Assembly (NCBI GenBank): GCA_963691875.1
Contig: OY829846.1
Span: forward strand, 544,001 to 608,000
Origin: Aureliella sp.
GTDB taxonomy: Bacteria; Planctomycetota; Planctomycetia; Pirellulales; Pirellulaceae
DNA: 64,000 nt
Direction of reading: 5' to 3'
Shown: in pieces, positions 1 through 9,343 of the stretch
Layout of the letters: every line of letters starts with the position of its first letter
How positions within the stretch are numbered: the first letter of the stretch is position 1
Made by a program: the position numbers and the translations under genes
Notes under the pieces: model-generated
What the model was told of the DNA's origin: nothing
The model's input: the letters and a program-made list of their open reading frames with translations, nothing else
Database searches by the model: none

Positions 1-877
1 TCTGATATTTAAATGGTGGGCAGTCCTTCAGATTGCTAACCGGTTCGACAATCAGTAACGGCACATTTGCTTTTTTGCATGCTTCATCCATGGAAACGAA
101 ATTCCAACCAAGGTGTTCTACAACGCCATTCATCCAGAGTGCACCACGCTCGTAATCCTCTAATCCGCCTTGGTAGTCAAGTAAGGCGTCGACTTCGGCC
201 GCGATTTGCAGTTCTGTCTTTTGCGATGTATCGGACTCGGTGTTGGCTGGATCCGGACAGACGAATGACCTGATCCAGCGTGTGATGTAGAGCTGCTTGG
301 TTTGGCTTAGGAGCGTTTGGTTTGCGAGACTAGGTGCCTTTGTCGCGTAGCTTCGTTTCTCAAGGTACTCGTTGTGTCCCGTGTAAACGACAATTAGATC
401 AGGATCGTACTCGAGCACCTCCTCGAGAATGGCGAGAACCCGATAGCTTGCGTAGGACAGTCCACCGCAGTTGATGACTTCTACATCAGTATCAAGTGCT
501 TGCTCCAGGGCGATGCCCATCCATTGCGGGAAAGCCGTTTCGTTCGAGTACGGTTCGCCTTGTGTAGTGGATCCGCCAAGAGCGAAGACGCGGAGAGAGT
601 TCTCTTTCCTTTGCCTGAACTGCACAGCAGGGAAGAATCGGCGCCGTTTGTCTGGAATCCAGAGAAAGTCGGGTTCGTTCGGCACCGGCTCAAATAGCGG
701 CTCTAGATCAAGAGAAGCGAAATCGAGAGACGCGGCGGGTGGCGGCCCTAAACATCGCAACATCAACTCAATGATACAGATTAGTGAAAAGCCGAGTGCG
801 ATTGCAAGGAAACGAAAAGTCCATATGCGTCTCCTGGATATTCGTTTTTGGTAGTCTCCGGCTCTTTGGTCTGTCAC
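1..877 (-). CDS. SGNH/GDSL hydrolase-family membrane-anchored protein (partial, runs off the window start)
   Basis: Manual minus-strand translation from GTG at 877 gives an N-terminal TM helix, then RVFALGGSTTQGEPY, VINCGGLSYASYRV and DPDLIVVYTGHNEYLE (SGNH blocks I-III). Absent from the ORF track because the stop is outside the window. Confidence 0.75.
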   Translation of the reverse strand, partial: MTDQRAGDYQKRISRRRIWTFRFLAIALGFSLICIIELMLRCLGPPPAASLDFASLDLEPLFEPVPNEPDFLWIPDKRRRFFPAVQFRQRKENSLRVFALGGSTTQGEPYSNETAFPQWMGIALEQALDTDVEVINCGGLSYASYRVLAILEEVLEYDPDLIVVYTGHNEYLEKRSYATKAPSLANQTLLSQTKQLYITRWIRSFVCPDPANTESDTSQKTELQIAAEVDALLDYQGGLEDYERGALWMNGVVEHLGWNFVSMDEACKKANVPLLIVEPVSNLKDCPPFKYQ

Positions 878-1039
878 TTTTAAGCCTCAAGTCAGGCTAC
901 AAGGAAGTAGGAAGACTAAAGCGAGTCGTCACCGTGGCATGGCGTCCAATGGGATCGAAATAAGCTTAGCAGACGCCTACGAATGCCGTCAAAACAAGGT
1001 CAAGTTTCGTGAGCGGCGACCGGACGATAGTCAACCGTC

Positions 1040-1753
1040 CTAGCATTTGATCGTCTTTCGTTTCTTGAAAGCACGGCCGGACTTTTGAACTTTTTCAATG
1101 TATTCGGTTGCCAACGGGACCTTACACGAGGTTCCACCCAGGTCAACGTTGACTTTTCCAATTTTCTTGGCGACAGTCTTGGCCTGCTTGCTTAGTGGCT
1201 TCACGTAAGAGCCGACTGAAATGACAAAGCCATTCATGGTGCAGCGAACGCGATTGGCTGCGGAATCGATCCCCTGCTCTATTCACTCTAGTAGAGCATT
1301 TACCTCTTCGATGTCGAGGTTCGCATCGTCTGTGACCGTGATATAGCCTGCCAAGGTATTCCAGCCGCAGGATGCCACCAGCTCCTTCTTGCGTGTGATC
1401 CACTTCAAGCCGAGGTCGCGCGCGTGATTGCTTTCCGTTGCTACCCCCGGAACGCTGTACTCTGAGATCATGTACCAAGAAGCATTGCGGGCCCAATGGC
1501 CTAACTGCTTCTTGTTCATCAGCTTGCCACCCGCGACGATTCCTGCCAGGTACATGGCATCGCTGTTACCGGTATCATAAAGTTCCAGCGCGAGTTCTTG
1601 TTCGCCTTTGATCTGCCTCGCGATCACTTTCATGTCTGCGACGCTGACTCCGAACAACGTGTCCTTTGGTGCTCCGTGATTCGCGAATGTTTGGATCCGT
1701 TGCGGATTCCCTTTCTTATTTAGCGCTGACATAACCGCTGCTACAGTTTTCAT
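1040..1753 (-). pseudogene. DNA alkylation repair protein (AlkD-like HEAT-repeat family) interrupted by one in-frame TGA
   Basis: ORFs 1283..1753 and 1040..1237 are in the same frame. Reading through gives NALLE*IEQGIDSAANRVRCTMNGFVISVGSYV, and the C-terminus is family-typical (GKVNVDLGGTSCKVPLATEYIEKV). Confidence 0.8.
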
Positions 1754-1933
1754 GGGAAAATCTTATTGAATATTGGTGGATATTTAGCGAGGATTCATTA
1801 TGCGGCCGAGCGTTACCGGGATCCAGCCTCCGACGCAAAGGACTAAGGCGATCATATTGAAGTTGGCCGAACGTGCTAGCGTCTGGTCGAATCTAGAAAA
1901 CGCCGGCCCACGGCTTGCACCGTTTTCTCACAA

Positions 1934-2833
1934 ATGAAGAAACTGACCTGCTCACACAAAGAACTTCGCCACATGCTAGAACCGGACTCAGAATCGCCAC
2001 CGCGATTTGCCGACGTGGATACGGCGGCGTTTGATGACCTGAGCGATAATCACGAGCTAAGTCAGGATTCGAGATCGCCAGTCAATTACAGTGTTCGTAG
2101 CTTGATGATAGCAACGGCACTCATCGCGTTGGCCACGATGTTGCTCAAGTACACGCACCTGTTCGGGCTGCTATGCATCTTCGCACTGATCGTGGTCATC
2201 AGTTTACTGATGAAGAGAGTGCAACACCCGTCTACCGATGCCGTGGCACGAGGCCTATGGGGCATCGTGATGCCGGTCTTGTGTATTCTCTATGATCCAG
2301 GTTTTTTACATCGCCCCTGGTATGGCTTCTACGAACCGACAAGTAGTTTCGATTTGAGAACAGTTTGGGATGATCCGAAAGCGCTCTTGTTGCTACCCCC
2401 GATTCTCTGGCAAGTAGTCGGGATGTCTGCTTGGTTGCTGATGTCCCATCGGCTCAGGCCAAATCCTTTTCTGGGAGGTTTCTTTCTTTTTGGTTCAGTC
2501 TTAGCTGGGCTCATTGGTTTCTGCATCTTACCGCTTTCATTGATTGGATTGATCTTTGTTGGCTTGGGCATCGTGGGCTTCACTCCATTCTTGACGTCTC
2601 GACACTATTTTTTGACCGTAGTGGCGGTTCTGGACGGAAGCTGCGTCAACGGGATTCGGAGGTCAAAGCGGAGCGTTGAGCCATCTTCCTCCAAGGACTC
2701 TTTCTTAGTTGTCGCTGGGTTTGTTTCCGCAGTGTTTGTTTCGCTCTGCACTTCAGCGCTTGGAGGGCGTTTAATAGGCTTCGGGTTCTACGAATTGATC
2801 GATGCGGCCAACATCTTTCAGCCGTTCTTTTAG
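1934..2833 (+). CDS. hypothetical multi-pass membrane protein
   Basis: 299-aa ORF with several hydrophobic helices and a planctomycete-style YSVRSLMIAT motif. The start may be an internal Met. Confidence 0.65.
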   Translation: MKKLTCSHKELRHMLEPDSESPPRFADVDTAAFDDLSDNHELSQDSRSPVNYSVRSLMIATALIALATMLLKYTHLFGLLCIFALIVVISLLMKRVQHPSTDAVARGLWGIVMPVLCILYDPGFLHRPWYGFYEPTSSFDLRTVWDDPKALLLLPPILWQVVGMSAWLLMSHRLRPNPFLGGFFLFGSVLAGLIGFCILPLSLIGLIFVGLGIVGFTPFLTSRHYFLTVVAVLDGSCVNGIRRSKRSVEPSSSKDSFLVVAGFVSAVFVSLCTSALGGRLIGFGFYELIDAANIFQPFF

Positions 2834-2910
2834 AAGGGGAAGCGGCTGGAGTGTCGGATGGCCTGTTTGCTATGGCCGCGCCGTCGCTTCGGCATCTGAT
2901 TGAGAAACGA

Positions 2911-2945
2911 AAACAGGTCGAGCAATAAACTTGCTCGACCTGTTT
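2911..2945. terminator. probable bidirectional intrinsic terminator
   Basis: Perfect 15-bp inverted repeat AAACAGGTCGAGCAA-TAAAC-TTGCTCGACCTGTTT between convergent genes. Confidence 0.75.
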
Positions 2946-2996
2946 GAACTTTTCATTTGTGGATCGCCACAATCCACTTGTTTTCACAACATGGGC

Positions 2997-3377
2997 TTAG
3001 CCAGGTTGTTGGGTCTTGAGTCGCTTTTGAATATCTGTTTCCAGAATGCCGAAGACAGCTTCGTGACGCTGTACAGACATTTGCAAAGCAGCTAACAATC
3101 GCTTGGCGGTGTAGAAGTTCATGATCACACGCTGATTTACGTTGATGGGATCCTTAGGCACACCGACTGGTTGTGGGTTGAGGCCGAAATCGACGATTAA
3201 CTCTTCTGGCGAGCCAGTGACGCGGCAGAAGTTTGCATAGTTCGCATCCGCGTTCTCATCGAGAACTTGGACTTGAACAGGCTGTGCCTGTTGTTGAGGA
3301 ACTGGCGCAGGTGCCGCTTCTGGTGCTGGGGCTTCTGCTGCAGGCTCTTGTACTGCGGTGCCTTCTTCATTTGCCAT
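2997..3377 (-). CDS. DUF3467 domain-containing protein
   Basis: YANFCRVTGSPEELIVDFG...RVIMNFYTAKRLLAALQ...HEAVFG pattern, with GGAG Shine-Dalgarno upstream. Confidence 0.8.
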   Translation of the reverse strand: MANEEGTAVQEPAAEAPAPEAAPAPVPQQQAQPVQVQVLDENADANYANFCRVTGSPEELIVDFGLNPQPVGVPKDPINVNQRVIMNFYTAKRLLAALQMSVQRHEAVFGILETDIQKRLKTQQPG

Positions 3378-3483
3378 GAGACAATCTCCTTGTGCTGACT
3401 AGCAGCTATTTGCGTGGCAATCTCCAAAATTGCCACAAGTTAAACATAATGACCGGTGGCTCATCCAGCCGCGGTCGAACCAG

Positions 3484-5733
3484 TTACATTTCAAATCGGA
3501 AGGTTCGGGACAGAAAGCGATAAATTCGCCAACCTACCGATTTCCAGCCGACGTAAATCTTCGCTTGGCCACGATAGCCGGCACGAAGGGGTACCTCACA
3601 GTTTTCCAAAGGAACACGTGCTTGGTAGGAAGTACTGATGGGACGAAGTTGTCCATCAGGACCCATTTGTGTGTTAAGGCTTCCGCCGACTTGCGACGCC
3701 AAAGCCTCCGGCGTCTCTCGCATCTCCCTTTCGGCAATCGTCTGGATGACTCCAGAAAAGGTGCTCAGTCTGGCTGACTCGATTTTAATATCGGCGGATA
3801 TCTTAGTTGTTACAAGATCGATATCGTGTTGATCGATGACTAGGATGGCTTCCATCTGCTCAGGGTTGCCGATCATGCAGAAGACGTCTGCGTTTGCAAA
3901 TACAGCACCTTCATTGACTTCGTCAAATGGATTGCCGCTCCACGACGGCAGCTGTTCCGATGATGCGACCTGGGGCGGCACGTCTTTGTCCGGTGCTGGA
4001 ATGATGGTGCCTTTGTCTGGTGCTTTGATCGTTAAAAGCTCAATGCGTTCCTCGACTTTTGTGAGAATCGCCGCTTTTGAGTTCACGGACTCCAGCAACG
4101 ATTCGAGTTGCGAACGTGCTTGAGGATCGTTCGGCGCCTGCTTCCATGTTTCGCGGTAACGAGTCTCGGCAACCTTGAGTTCACCAAAGGCTCGTTCCCT
4201 CTCGCGAATCAATTCATCGCTCGCAAGTGTTGCAATGGTCTCATTGGCTTTGACAGGATCGCCGAGTTTCTTATTTAAGGAAACTAGTCTTCCAGGTTCA
4301 ATCGCGTAGACGGTCTTCGCGTTCTGTGGGCGAATCTCAACTGCTGCATCCACATGAAATGGCAACGGAATGAAGCAGATTCCAGTGATGACGGCGGCCG
4401 CCACAGTCAAGGATGTGAGGACGTTTTTTCTCTTCATTTTGCTCGCCCTGCCAGGTGTACGGAAAAATTTGATGATTTGCCAAATGGGTTGAAAGATCAT
4501 GCCGGCCAATCCAACGACCGCGACGACGCGTCCCAATGCTTCCAATCCATATGGCTTCAGAACCTGCATCAGAAACATCATGATGGAGAAAACAACAACC
4601 CAACGATAGATGTTGGAAGCGACCGTGAAGAGTCCAAAGAAGAATTGCTTCTTGTGCGGCAGGAACGGATTCTCTTGCAGCTCAAGGCCGAGGCAGTATT
4701 TTTGGAATCCCCGCTTGAGGATTTCCGTTGCCTTCTGTCTAAGGTTCGGTATCTCTAGCAAGTCCATCACGATGTAGTAGCCATCGAAACGCAGCAGCGG
4801 ATTACCGTTAAAGACGACGGTGCTCACGGAGCAAATGAACATCACCGAGAGACACAGGAAGTTGAATGTCGGCGAGGTGACCGGATCGCTAAACCACCAA
4901 AGATAAGTGGCAATCGATGCCAGGATGAGTTCGACGTACATCCCTGCTGCGCCAATGAATACGCGTTGCCATTTGTTTGGTAGCATCCACGAATCGGAAA
5001 CATTGCAATAGAGACAAGGCGTGAATACTAAGAACATGAATCCCATTTCGTGGCATTCACCTCCGTAGCGTTTACAACTCAGACCGTGCCCGAACTCGTG
5101 CAGAATCTTCACCACAGCCATCGTGGTGCCGAGGTAAATCCAATTCTCTGCAGCGAAGAATGATTCAAAGGTCGGTAACTTACTTTGAAACTCTTGAAAA
5201 TTGACGAGCACCAGAGTGATGGCGCTCATTCCAAACATCAGAAACACCATCAAGCATGGTAGAGTGAAAATCCACCACGTGAAGGGATTCAGAAAGTTCA
5301 GAATTCGTTCGGGATCGATGCCGCGAAATCGCAATGCGAAAACGTTGGCTAACTTGCCGAGCAGTTCTTTTTTCTTTTTTGTATCACCTCGTCTACGGAG
5401 CTGTCGTCCCTGGCCGGTGGTTTCGGAAATCACCAAGCCACTGCGGTGCAACATCCCGACAAACTGTTGAAGATCCTGCAGCGTGATGCGCTGCGGAGCG
5501 AATTCCGCTTGGAAGCGATCTTTGATCTCTTGCAGGCTAATGTCATCCTTCAACATATTCAGGATGGCATATTCTTCTTCGTGGAAACGATAGTAATTCA
5601 GGCCAACGGGCTCTTTGACCACCCAGTAGGCACGGCCATGATAGCGATGTCGCTTGGCTTCCAAGTCTGGACGACGACGCAGCTTTAGCGGCCGCATCGC
5701 ACTGTTCACCAGACTTTCCGCCATCGTTGTCAT
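3484..5733 (-). CDS. PqqD/RRE-like domain + M50 (site-2) intramembrane metallopeptidase + HlyD-like membrane-fusion domain protein
   Basis: N-terminal winged-helix-like segment (WVVKEPVGLNYYRF...LQQFVGMLHRSGLV), HEFGH zinc motif, NPLLRFDG third-ligand motif, and C-terminal lipoyl/coiled-coil/barrel features (IKAPDKGTI, LRAGYRGQAKI). Confidence 0.85.
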   Translation of the reverse strand: MTTMAESLVNSAMRPLKLRRRPDLEAKRHRYHGRAYWVVKEPVGLNYYRFHEEEYAILNMLKDDISLQEIKDRFQAEFAPQRITLQDLQQFVGMLHRSGLVISETTGQGRQLRRRGDTKKKKELLGKLANVFALRFRGIDPERILNFLNPFTWWIFTLPCLMVFLMFGMSAITLVLVNFQEFQSKLPTFESFFAAENWIYLGTTMAVVKILHEFGHGLSCKRYGGECHEMGFMFLVFTPCLYCNVSDSWMLPNKWQRVFIGAAGMYVELILASIATYLWWFSDPVTSPTFNFLCLSVMFICSVSTVVFNGNPLLRFDGYYIVMDLLEIPNLRQKATEILKRGFQKYCLGLELQENPFLPHKKQFFFGLFTVASNIYRWVVVFSIMMFLMQVLKPYGLEALGRVVAVVGLAGMIFQPIWQIIKFFRTPGRASKMKRKNVLTSLTVAAAVITGICFIPLPFHVDAAVEIRPQNAKTVYAIEPGRLVSLNKKLGDPVKANETIATLASDELIRERERAFGELKVAETRYRETWKQAPNDPQARSQLESLLESVNSKAAILTKVEERIELLTIKAPDKGTIIPAPDKDVPPQVASSEQLPSWSGNPFDEVNEGAVFANADVFCMIGNPEQMEAILVIDQHDIDLVTTKISADIKIESARLSTFSGVIQTIAEREMRETPEALASQVGGSLNTQMGPDGQLRPISTSYQARVPLENCEVPLRAGYRGQAKIYVGWKSVGWRIYRFLSRTFRFEM

Positions 5734-5799
5734 GAGAGTTCTATCGCTTCGAGAAATTGATTTGAGAAGAGGTATTCAGGTCTAGCCAGATCGTCATTG

Positions 5800-6759
5800 C
5801 TACTCAGGCAGGACGATGACTACATTGGCTGTCATCCCGTCGCTGTACATCCAGTGACCTTCCAGATTCTTCATGTTGGGAAGCTTTCCAGTAACCTTGA
5901 CCTTGCCACTTTCAATCTCGGGGCTCACGAAGGTAACCTTTGCTTCCGTGTCCATCGGATTGCCGCCCCCGTCGCCCGTACCAAAGCTGATCTGCATCAT
6001 CGAATTTCGTAGGTCATTGGGGCTGATTCCATTCAGGGGAACATAGCATTCGACCTTCATTTCATTCAAATGAATGAATCGAAAGACAGGTTCGCCCGCT
6101 CGGACCCATTCGCCGTAGTCGCGGATCCGCTCAATGATCTCTCCATCAAACGGTGCCTTTAGGGTGTGCATTTCTAGCTTGATTTTGCTCGCTCTGAGCT
6201 GTTCATCAGCGATCTTACGATCCAGCTGATTCTTCTTTTGCTCGTCGAGAGCCATGTCGATGCTGAAACCAGCCTTTTCGGCCTCAAGCTTCATCTGCCT
6301 TGTCTCGGAGTAGCCAGCAGAGCCCTTCTTATACAGTTCGAGGTTGGAATTGTATCGGTCCCGTGCGAGGTCGTAGGACTTCTGAGAGAAGTCCAAGTTT
6401 GCTGTCTGCTTCTCCAATATCACCGCTGCTGCCAACTGCTGCTTCGCTACTTCTAGATCCGCAGTGGCGACGCGCGAGTCGATGACCAGAATGGCGTCGC
6501 CCTTTTTGACAACACTACCTTCATCCACTTTCAGCTGTTCGATCATTCCATCTGCGGTCGCCGACAGCTTGATCTTGTGGATAGCCTTGATCGTCGCGAC
6601 GTCTGCTACGATCTCGCCGCTTCGGCCCTGAGTTTCAATCTCTGCGTTTCCGATTGGTGGAAGGTCTGTCAGGCTGACAGGGGGAATGGCACCTGGTTGC
6701 TGAGCACTGACGAGTGAACAGGAAACAACGCTCAAAGTAAGAATGAGAAAGATTTTCAT
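5800..6759 (-). CDS. periplasmic adaptor (HlyD/RND membrane fusion protein) with signal peptide
   Basis: Start MKIFLILTLSVVSCSLVSAQ with GAGG SD. Lipoyl half-motifs ATADGMIEQLKVDEGSVVKKGD and LKAPFDGEI flank a coiled coil. Confidence 0.85.
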   Translation of the reverse strand: MKIFLILTLSVVSCSLVSAQQPGAIPPVSLTDLPPIGNAEIETQGRSGEIVADVATIKAIHKIKLSATADGMIEQLKVDEGSVVKKGDAILVIDSRVATADLEVAKQQLAAAVILEKQTANLDFSQKSYDLARDRYNSNLELYKKGSAGYSETRQMKLEAEKAGFSIDMALDEQKKNQLDRKIADEQLRASKIKLEMHTLKAPFDGEIIERIRDYGEWVRAGEPVFRFIHLNEMKVECYVPLNGISPNDLRNSMMQISFGTGDGGGNPMDTEAKVTFVSPEIESGKVKVTGKLPNMKNLEGHWMYSDGMTANVVIVLPE

Positions 6760-6805
6760 GACTAGCCTCGGAAAGACGGAGGAGTGGTGTTTGGGCACTC
6801 GGTTC

Positions 6806-8863
6806 TTAGAACAATACGTGGGCTTGAACCCACTCGTAAACCTCGTGGAACCACACGAAGGCGGCACTTCCTTGCCCACAAGTAACGTCGGCAATCACTT
6901 TTAGCCCAGGGCGAGGCTTGATACCATCTAACGACTCAGGGGTCACCCGCATCTTCACGACCGTGCCATCCTCTTTGTGCAGCGAAGCACGAGCATGAAC
7001 TGCCTCACGGGAAAGAAAGCCCTTGTGGTCGACTGACGGGTCTGATGGCAAGATAAAGGTCACCGGCAGTCCATCCAGTGGGTCACCCTCAAGAGGATTC
7101 AGCGCATTGTCTAGGTAGGACATGCGTTTCTCTGGCATTAGCAGTGAGAGCTCCCATTCGTTGTCAGGATCAGAGTCAGCGATATTCACCAAGACCTGCC
7201 CAGTTACGACTGGTCGGTGCATGAGCTTGTTTTTTAGCTCCCAGTCCATCACCTTGCCATCGATGGGACTCTTCAGCACAAGTTGTTCCCTTTTGTCATT
7301 CGCCAGCTGAAGCTGCTTCTCAAGACTCGTCAGTCGCGTTTGGTATTCTGCTCGCTGGCCTCCCAGCCTAGCTTTCTCGAGTGGATCCGCCGCACTTTGG
7401 AACAGATAAATGAACGTTCGAATTTGCTCTTTCGTTTCGTTTGTCTGGCCGGTCAGGTTCTCTATCTCTGCCTCAAGATCGCGGTTAATCAATCGAACCA
7501 ACTCGTCGCCTTTTTTCACTTCATCTCCGTGGTCCACCATGACATCAACGACTTCTCCGTTGATGTAGGCGAAGACTTGTTTCTTAAGCTTGGGTTCAAG
7601 CGTTCCGGTAGCCTCAAGGTCGTGATCAATGCGAATGACGAGCATCGCTAAGATACCGATCAGGATGAGCGATAGGACGGCCAGTGTTTTCGGTAGGGCG
7701 GAGCCCTTGAACATCCAAGTAGCGCGTCCAAGGAATCGCCAGACTGGCATCAAAAAGAGATCGTTGTGAAGTAGGGAGTTATTGAGTGCTCGGGCAGCGT
7801 GTTCGTAGACCAAGTCGCAACGAGACCGCAGGTCTTCCGAGCTAACTTGGCTTTCGATTTGCTCGACGATCAGTGCACCAATGATCTCTCGCCTCGAAAG
7901 ATCCTCCGAGAAGTTATTGTCCTTCATCTTTACATCGCCCTCGACAACCTTTTCAGGACGTCGAATCGGAAGTACGGCTATCGAGCGACCGTGAGAAAGA
8001 TCCACATAGTCTTCCACAGCTTCTTCCAGCTGTGGCGGCAAGTCGGTTGCCGTTCCGTCGTACCACAGCGATTCGCCTGCTGAGACGACTCGGGTCGATA
8101 AGTGATTCAACGCGGTGACAATGTTGGAGCGACTCTCGATCGTGTCCTGGCCCGAGATGGCTTGCACCTTGCACTTGCCACCTTTCTTGATTGCCAAGCT
8201 GACTCTGTCACAGCCAATAAGCTGTCGACCCTCGTTGGCAATCGTGAATGCGGTGTCACGCATCTCGAGATTGTCATGGGCCAACCGAGCGAAGTGATCG
8301 GCCTTCTTCCACATCTCTTGGCGGTCGGAAACCTTCTGCAAGGTTCGTCCCTTCAACCACTCGCCGATCAAGCCGGCCATCTGGTCAAGGAAGCGTTGGT
8401 ATCCGCGTTGAATGTTGGGCGCCGAATTGGGACGCTGGAAAACTTCAATGATTCCAGCCGTCTGTGCACCACCAGACAGGGGCGATACGACAAGCAAATA
8501 TTGGGATGGATTGCCCTCGCTCTGATCATCACCAAGCATCGAGTTTGGCGGAATCAACTCCGACTTACCGCGACTGAACAGTCGAGTTAGCAACTTGCCG
8601 TGCTTCACTGCGTCATCGTTGTCTGGAGCAAGCAGCTCTTGGCTGACATTGATCTGATAGCTCAGCTTGAGAGCGCCTTCTTCGTCAAGCAACCAAATAG
8701 CGCCTCCGACTGCAGCCAAAGCATCGACGACTCGCTTCAATACGGCCGGATAATAGTCCTCAGCTGGCGTGTCGCCGCGTGATAGATCCGCGATCTCATT
8801 GATGAGTGATCGGATCTGCTGCTTGGTCTGTTCAACTGTCTCGGGAGAAGGAGTTGTAGACAT
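6806..8863 (-). CDS. GAF-domain + TM + HlyD-family membrane-fusion protein
   Basis: Two N-terminal GAF-like regions (ALAAVGGAIW; GRQLIGCDRVSLA...IAVLPI...IGALIVE), one TM helix, then VFAYINGEVVDVMVDHGDEVKKGD and LKSPIDGKV lipoyl halves. Confidence 0.85.
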   Translation of the reverse strand: MSTTPSPETVEQTKQQIRSLINEIADLSRGDTPAEDYYPAVLKRVVDALAAVGGAIWLLDEEGALKLSYQINVSQELLAPDNDDAVKHGKLLTRLFSRGKSELIPPNSMLGDDQSEGNPSQYLLVVSPLSGGAQTAGIIEVFQRPNSAPNIQRGYQRFLDQMAGLIGEWLKGRTLQKVSDRQEMWKKADHFARLAHDNLEMRDTAFTIANEGRQLIGCDRVSLAIKKGGKCKVQAISGQDTIESRSNIVTALNHLSTRVVSAGESLWYDGTATDLPPQLEEAVEDYVDLSHGRSIAVLPIRRPEKVVEGDVKMKDNNFSEDLSRREIIGALIVEQIESQVSSEDLRSRCDLVYEHAARALNNSLLHNDLFLMPVWRFLGRATWMFKGSALPKTLAVLSLILIGILAMLVIRIDHDLEATGTLEPKLKKQVFAYINGEVVDVMVDHGDEVKKGDELVRLINRDLEAEIENLTGQTNETKEQIRTFIYLFQSAADPLEKARLGGQRAEYQTRLTSLEKQLQLANDKREQLVLKSPIDGKVMDWELKNKLMHRPVVTGQVLVNIADSDPDNEWELSLLMPEKRMSYLDNALNPLEGDPLDGLPVTFILPSDPSVDHKGFLSREAVHARASLHKEDGTVVKMRVTPESLDGIKPRPGLKVIADVTCGQGSAAFVWFHEVYEWVQAHVLF

Positions 8864-9098
8864 ATTTCAAGGTCTCGTTCGAGATTCCGTGATACCGCGC
8901 TAAGTTGCCCAGGAACGAAGTCTTAGTCGAATCGGCGTTTTGCTAGCGAAAGCCCAGTGGTGAGATATCGTGAAGGGTTATACCGCTGAGGTTGTGATTC
9001 AGGATAACTCTATGAAGGATTTGGCAAGCAGAAAGTTCCAGTTATTCCCTTATTTGTTGGATAAAAACCGAATCTTCCGTTGCCGCCGACAATCTCGC

Positions 9099-9127
9099 TT
9101 GCCGAATGTTCTAACAAACAGTATAAA
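9099..9127 (+). promoter_or_regulatory. sigma70-like promoter for the gene at 9344
   Basis: TTGCCG-N17-TATAAA in the divergent intergenic region. Confidence 0.45.
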
Positions 9128-9343
9128 CAATTTCGTCGAGTGAAGGGAATAGGCTTTGATGGATTTCACCAATTTTTCAGTTGGTGGAGATTGGCGGAAC
9201 TTTAGCGTCAGACCTTTCATCGAATGGGCCGTGTCCAGTTCGGTAAGTGTGGTGATTCAGTGGCGGAATGCTGTTAGCATCCACGTGTTTTTTACTCGAA
9301 CGATCCTGAAAATCGAAACCTTCCGCGGTATCAAACCAAGAGT

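Noticed and set aside
1283..1285. TGA considered as selenocysteine or a reassigned stop
   Set aside because: The position is not Cys-like, no convincing SECIS hairpin follows, and TGA ends many normal genes here.
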